Shown: one piece after another, positions 61,844 through 64,000 of the stretch
Layout: each line of letters opens with the position of its first letter
Position numbering within the stretch: position 1 is the stretch's first letter
Source: Gammaproteobacteria bacterium
GTDB lineage: Bacteria; Pseudomonadota; Gammaproteobacteria; CAJXQU01
Assembly: GCA_965238175.1 (NCBI GenBank)
Contig: CBDEGZ010000003.1
Location: forward strand, 256,001 to 320,000
Direction of reading: 5' to 3'
DNA length: 64,000 bases
The notes under the pieces: model-generated
What the model was told of the DNA's origin: nothing
The model's database searches: none
The model's input: only the letters and a program-made list of their open reading frames with translations
Translations under genes and position numbers: made by a program

Positions 61844-62482
61844 AATTAATCTCAACTCGGGGTAAGAAATAGAACTAAAATGAAAAACCTGTCGCCTGAT
61901 CGGTTCAACTGTCAGCAAACCGTTGAAAAAGGAAAACAAGCCAATGCATAAGCTAGTCGAAATAGTCTGTAATGTCGATGATAAGATCAATACTGAAGGT
62001 AGAGGAAATACCCTAGGGCATTTTTGTCAGTATTTCATGCTTGTTTTGGAACAAGAATTATTGTTCGATTGACATCGTAAGCGCCATCGTCGAGTCATCT
62101 GCGTGTCAGCGTAGCCATGACAATAATGATCTGTGACTCAGTACAGATCAATAATTAGCTAGCACTCAGCGCATCTACTCACTGTTGTGAATATCTTGAT
62201 GTAAAGATACTCAGCAGCCGACATAGGCTCTTATTCAAATTAGTTTTTTTACATTGTTTTGCAACAGTTTGTGAGAAATGTCAGGGTGACCTCATTTATT
62301 CTGTTGGTTTCGTTAGTAAAGCAAGAGAAACAAAACAGGAATGAGAAATTGAGCGACAAAGAATTTCTGGTGAATTGTCTGAGTGTTTTCCAGAATGCGT
62401 GACCAATTAACCACCCCTTCAGAGCTAACCGGATAGTTATACCACTGCCAGGCCAATGCACCGGCATAACCTCATTCTAGAG

Positions 62483-62785
62483 GCACAGCCCAAATGGCTT
62501 GATGTAGATTCAAAAGATATATCTGATAGATATCTACCAAAACTGAAAGGATTGTCCAAGTAAAATGCTATTAAAAAGCTCAAAGAATGCCTATTGCAAG
62601 ATTTTAAGTATGTTGGCTCTCATCCCAAATGGATTCAATCTCCCATTTGGCCAATAAGTAACGGCGAACCTCTGATATTTCTTGGGCAAATCGAGATTGA
62701 GAAGTATTTTCATGACACCGCAGTGACATACGTATTTCATAAACCAAACGATGACACTACTAAAACAATAATTCAGGTATCATAA
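62483..62785 (+). pseudogene. 5'-truncated hypothetical gene with an internal stop
   Basis: The frame reads AQPKWLDVDS…LSK*(62561)NAIKKLKE…HPKWIQSPIWPISNGEPLIFLGQ. No start codon or RBS was found. Confidence 0.55.
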
Positions 62786-63004
62786 GTAAAAAGCTAGCAA
62801 GGCCATGCAATCCGACTCCACTCATTGCTGGTTTTTGGACTCTCGGAGAAATCAGTGTGAGAAGTGAATTTCAATACTTTATGAATGAAGAAGATCATGC
62901 TCTTTTTGATGATTTCATTAGATTCTTAAACTCAGAAAAGATTGATGACGGTTTTTAGTCTGTGAAAATTCTATTAGAATTGATCGTTTGAAATAAGCCT
63001 ATTA

Positions 63005-63382
63005 TTATTTTCCGCCATTACGGTGTCTTTTCATTACCGGGGAAACGTCTTCTTTTCTTTCATTGTCCAGTAGCTTTTCTATCCAACGTTTTTTCTCCTC
63101 CCGGTTTGTAGTTTCTTCATTTACTGCGGTAGCTACTGCTTTTTGTTCAGTAACTTTAGGGACACTTGCTGATCGAGTTTCCATGCAGGAGATGAAGGCG
63201 GTTCGATGGGCGATTTTTGTTTCTCTTTCTGACATTTGTGGGTATTGATCATGACGGATATTATTGACGGCGCTTACTGCACGTCTGGTACAAAAATCCT
63301 CCACTTCTTCAGCACATAACATTGTTGGTGAAAGTAGTAGAGTCAATAAAGGTAGTAGAACTAATTTGTGTTTAATAGTCAT
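63005..63382 (-). CDS. Hypothetical secreted protein
   Basis: Signal peptide from the ATG at 63382 (MTIKHKLVLLPLL…CA) and two Cys in the mature part. Confidence 0.55.
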   Translation of the reverse strand: MTIKHKLVLLPLLTLLLSPTMLCAEEVEDFCTRRAVSAVNNIRHDQYPQMSERETKIAHRTAFISCMETRSASVPKVTEQKAVATAVNEETTNREEKKRWIEKLLDNERKEDVSPVMKRHRNGGK

Positions 63383-63511
63383 AATTAAATTATTAAAATT
63401 ATTTTTGTTAGAAAAATTCAAAGCTATACAACATTAAGCTTTGATAATATTTAAGCTAAAAGATCACACTTCTTGGCTTCATAATAAAGCTTACTACTTC
63501 TAAGATACCTA

Positions 63512-64000
63512 TTACACAGCTGTCTTGTCTCCTACCTGTAGCTTATCAGTTTGACGATATTTTCCAGTTTTCACGAGAATGCTTTGAAGGTCTGAATCTA
63601 TTGCACCTATGGCACTTGGCTATACATCATCTCCGATCATTATAGTCTCTTTGTGAAGGTGGTTTGCACTTTTAGTAACTGCGGTCTCGAAAAAGCTTTG
63701 CCGGTTTACCGATTATTTGAGTTTTAGTATCGGATGCAAATCAAAGTGCGGCTACGAAAGGATTCATGTCTAAACTCAGCTGATCGTTTTCCTTAAAATT
63801 AACGGTTATACCTCATAGCAATTAGAAGCGCGCCACCCATTGTAAAGTCGAAATGCCTGGTTGAGTCTGCTATAGGTAAATGCATCGGCATCATCAGCAA
63901 TTATAATAGCTGGTTTTTTGTCGGGGATCTGATCTTTAAATTCACATTCCTGGGCAGGTGCACTAGTAAAAATGGCGAGAGATTATTGATTTTAAGATAA
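63512..64000 (-). pseudogene. HAD-IIA hydrolase pseudogene (LHPP/TIGR01458-like), 5' part beyond the window
   Basis: Minus-strand fragments FTYSRLNQAFRL, LSLDMNPFVAAL*, IIGKP, MIGDDV* and ILVKTGKYR, separated by several stops and frameshifts. Confidence 0.75.

Noticed and set aside
61844-62100. Moco riboswitch or ModE box upstream of modB
   Set aside because: Neither the Moco RNA 3' consensus nor a TATAT-N7-TAYAT-like ModE site is recognisable.
1-64000. CRISPR array, tRNA/rRNA genes, prophage
   Set aside because: No regularly spaced repeats, cloverleaf or rRNA-like segments, or phage structural genes were seen.

Overview
This is a 64-kb chromosomal segment from an AT-rich, probably marine gammaproteobacterium, judged from the ndk-rlmN-pilW-rodZ-hisS-yfgM-bamB-der order, an Rsd/AlgQ gene and an AddAB-type repair pair. 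The left part holds the 3' end of a Wzc-type polysaccharide locus, a convergent five-gene polysaccharide-tailoring operon, divergent soluble and membrane pyrophosphatases (ppa/hppA), a pseudogene, rsmE-bioA, TerB-like, Rsd and Ser/Thr kinase genes, addBA, and a FIST/NosP-kinase-regulator module. The middle holds the ndk...der cluster, which lacks ispG, and a tightly coupled six-gene operon at 37757-46997. That operon encodes a BcsB-like protein, an MshEN-fused processive GT2 synthase, a GT-C-like membrane protein, a GH113-like lipoprotein, an outer-membrane beta-barrel and a CotH-family kinase. It reads as an uncharacterised c-di-GMP-gated, synthase-dependent exopolysaccharide system and is the best candidate for a new system here. 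The right part holds a hybrid kinase with a REC-PAS-GGDEF-EAL partner, mnmA, an exported MsrB, cysK, ppnP, an MBL-fold lipoprotein, modBC without modA and a patch of decayed genes. Three near-identical 1226-bp IS481-family elements sit at gene 3' ends. Two have 7-bp target duplications, one of them inside the loop of a terminator hairpin, and the third has none. All calls come from reading motifs by eye; no database searches were run.
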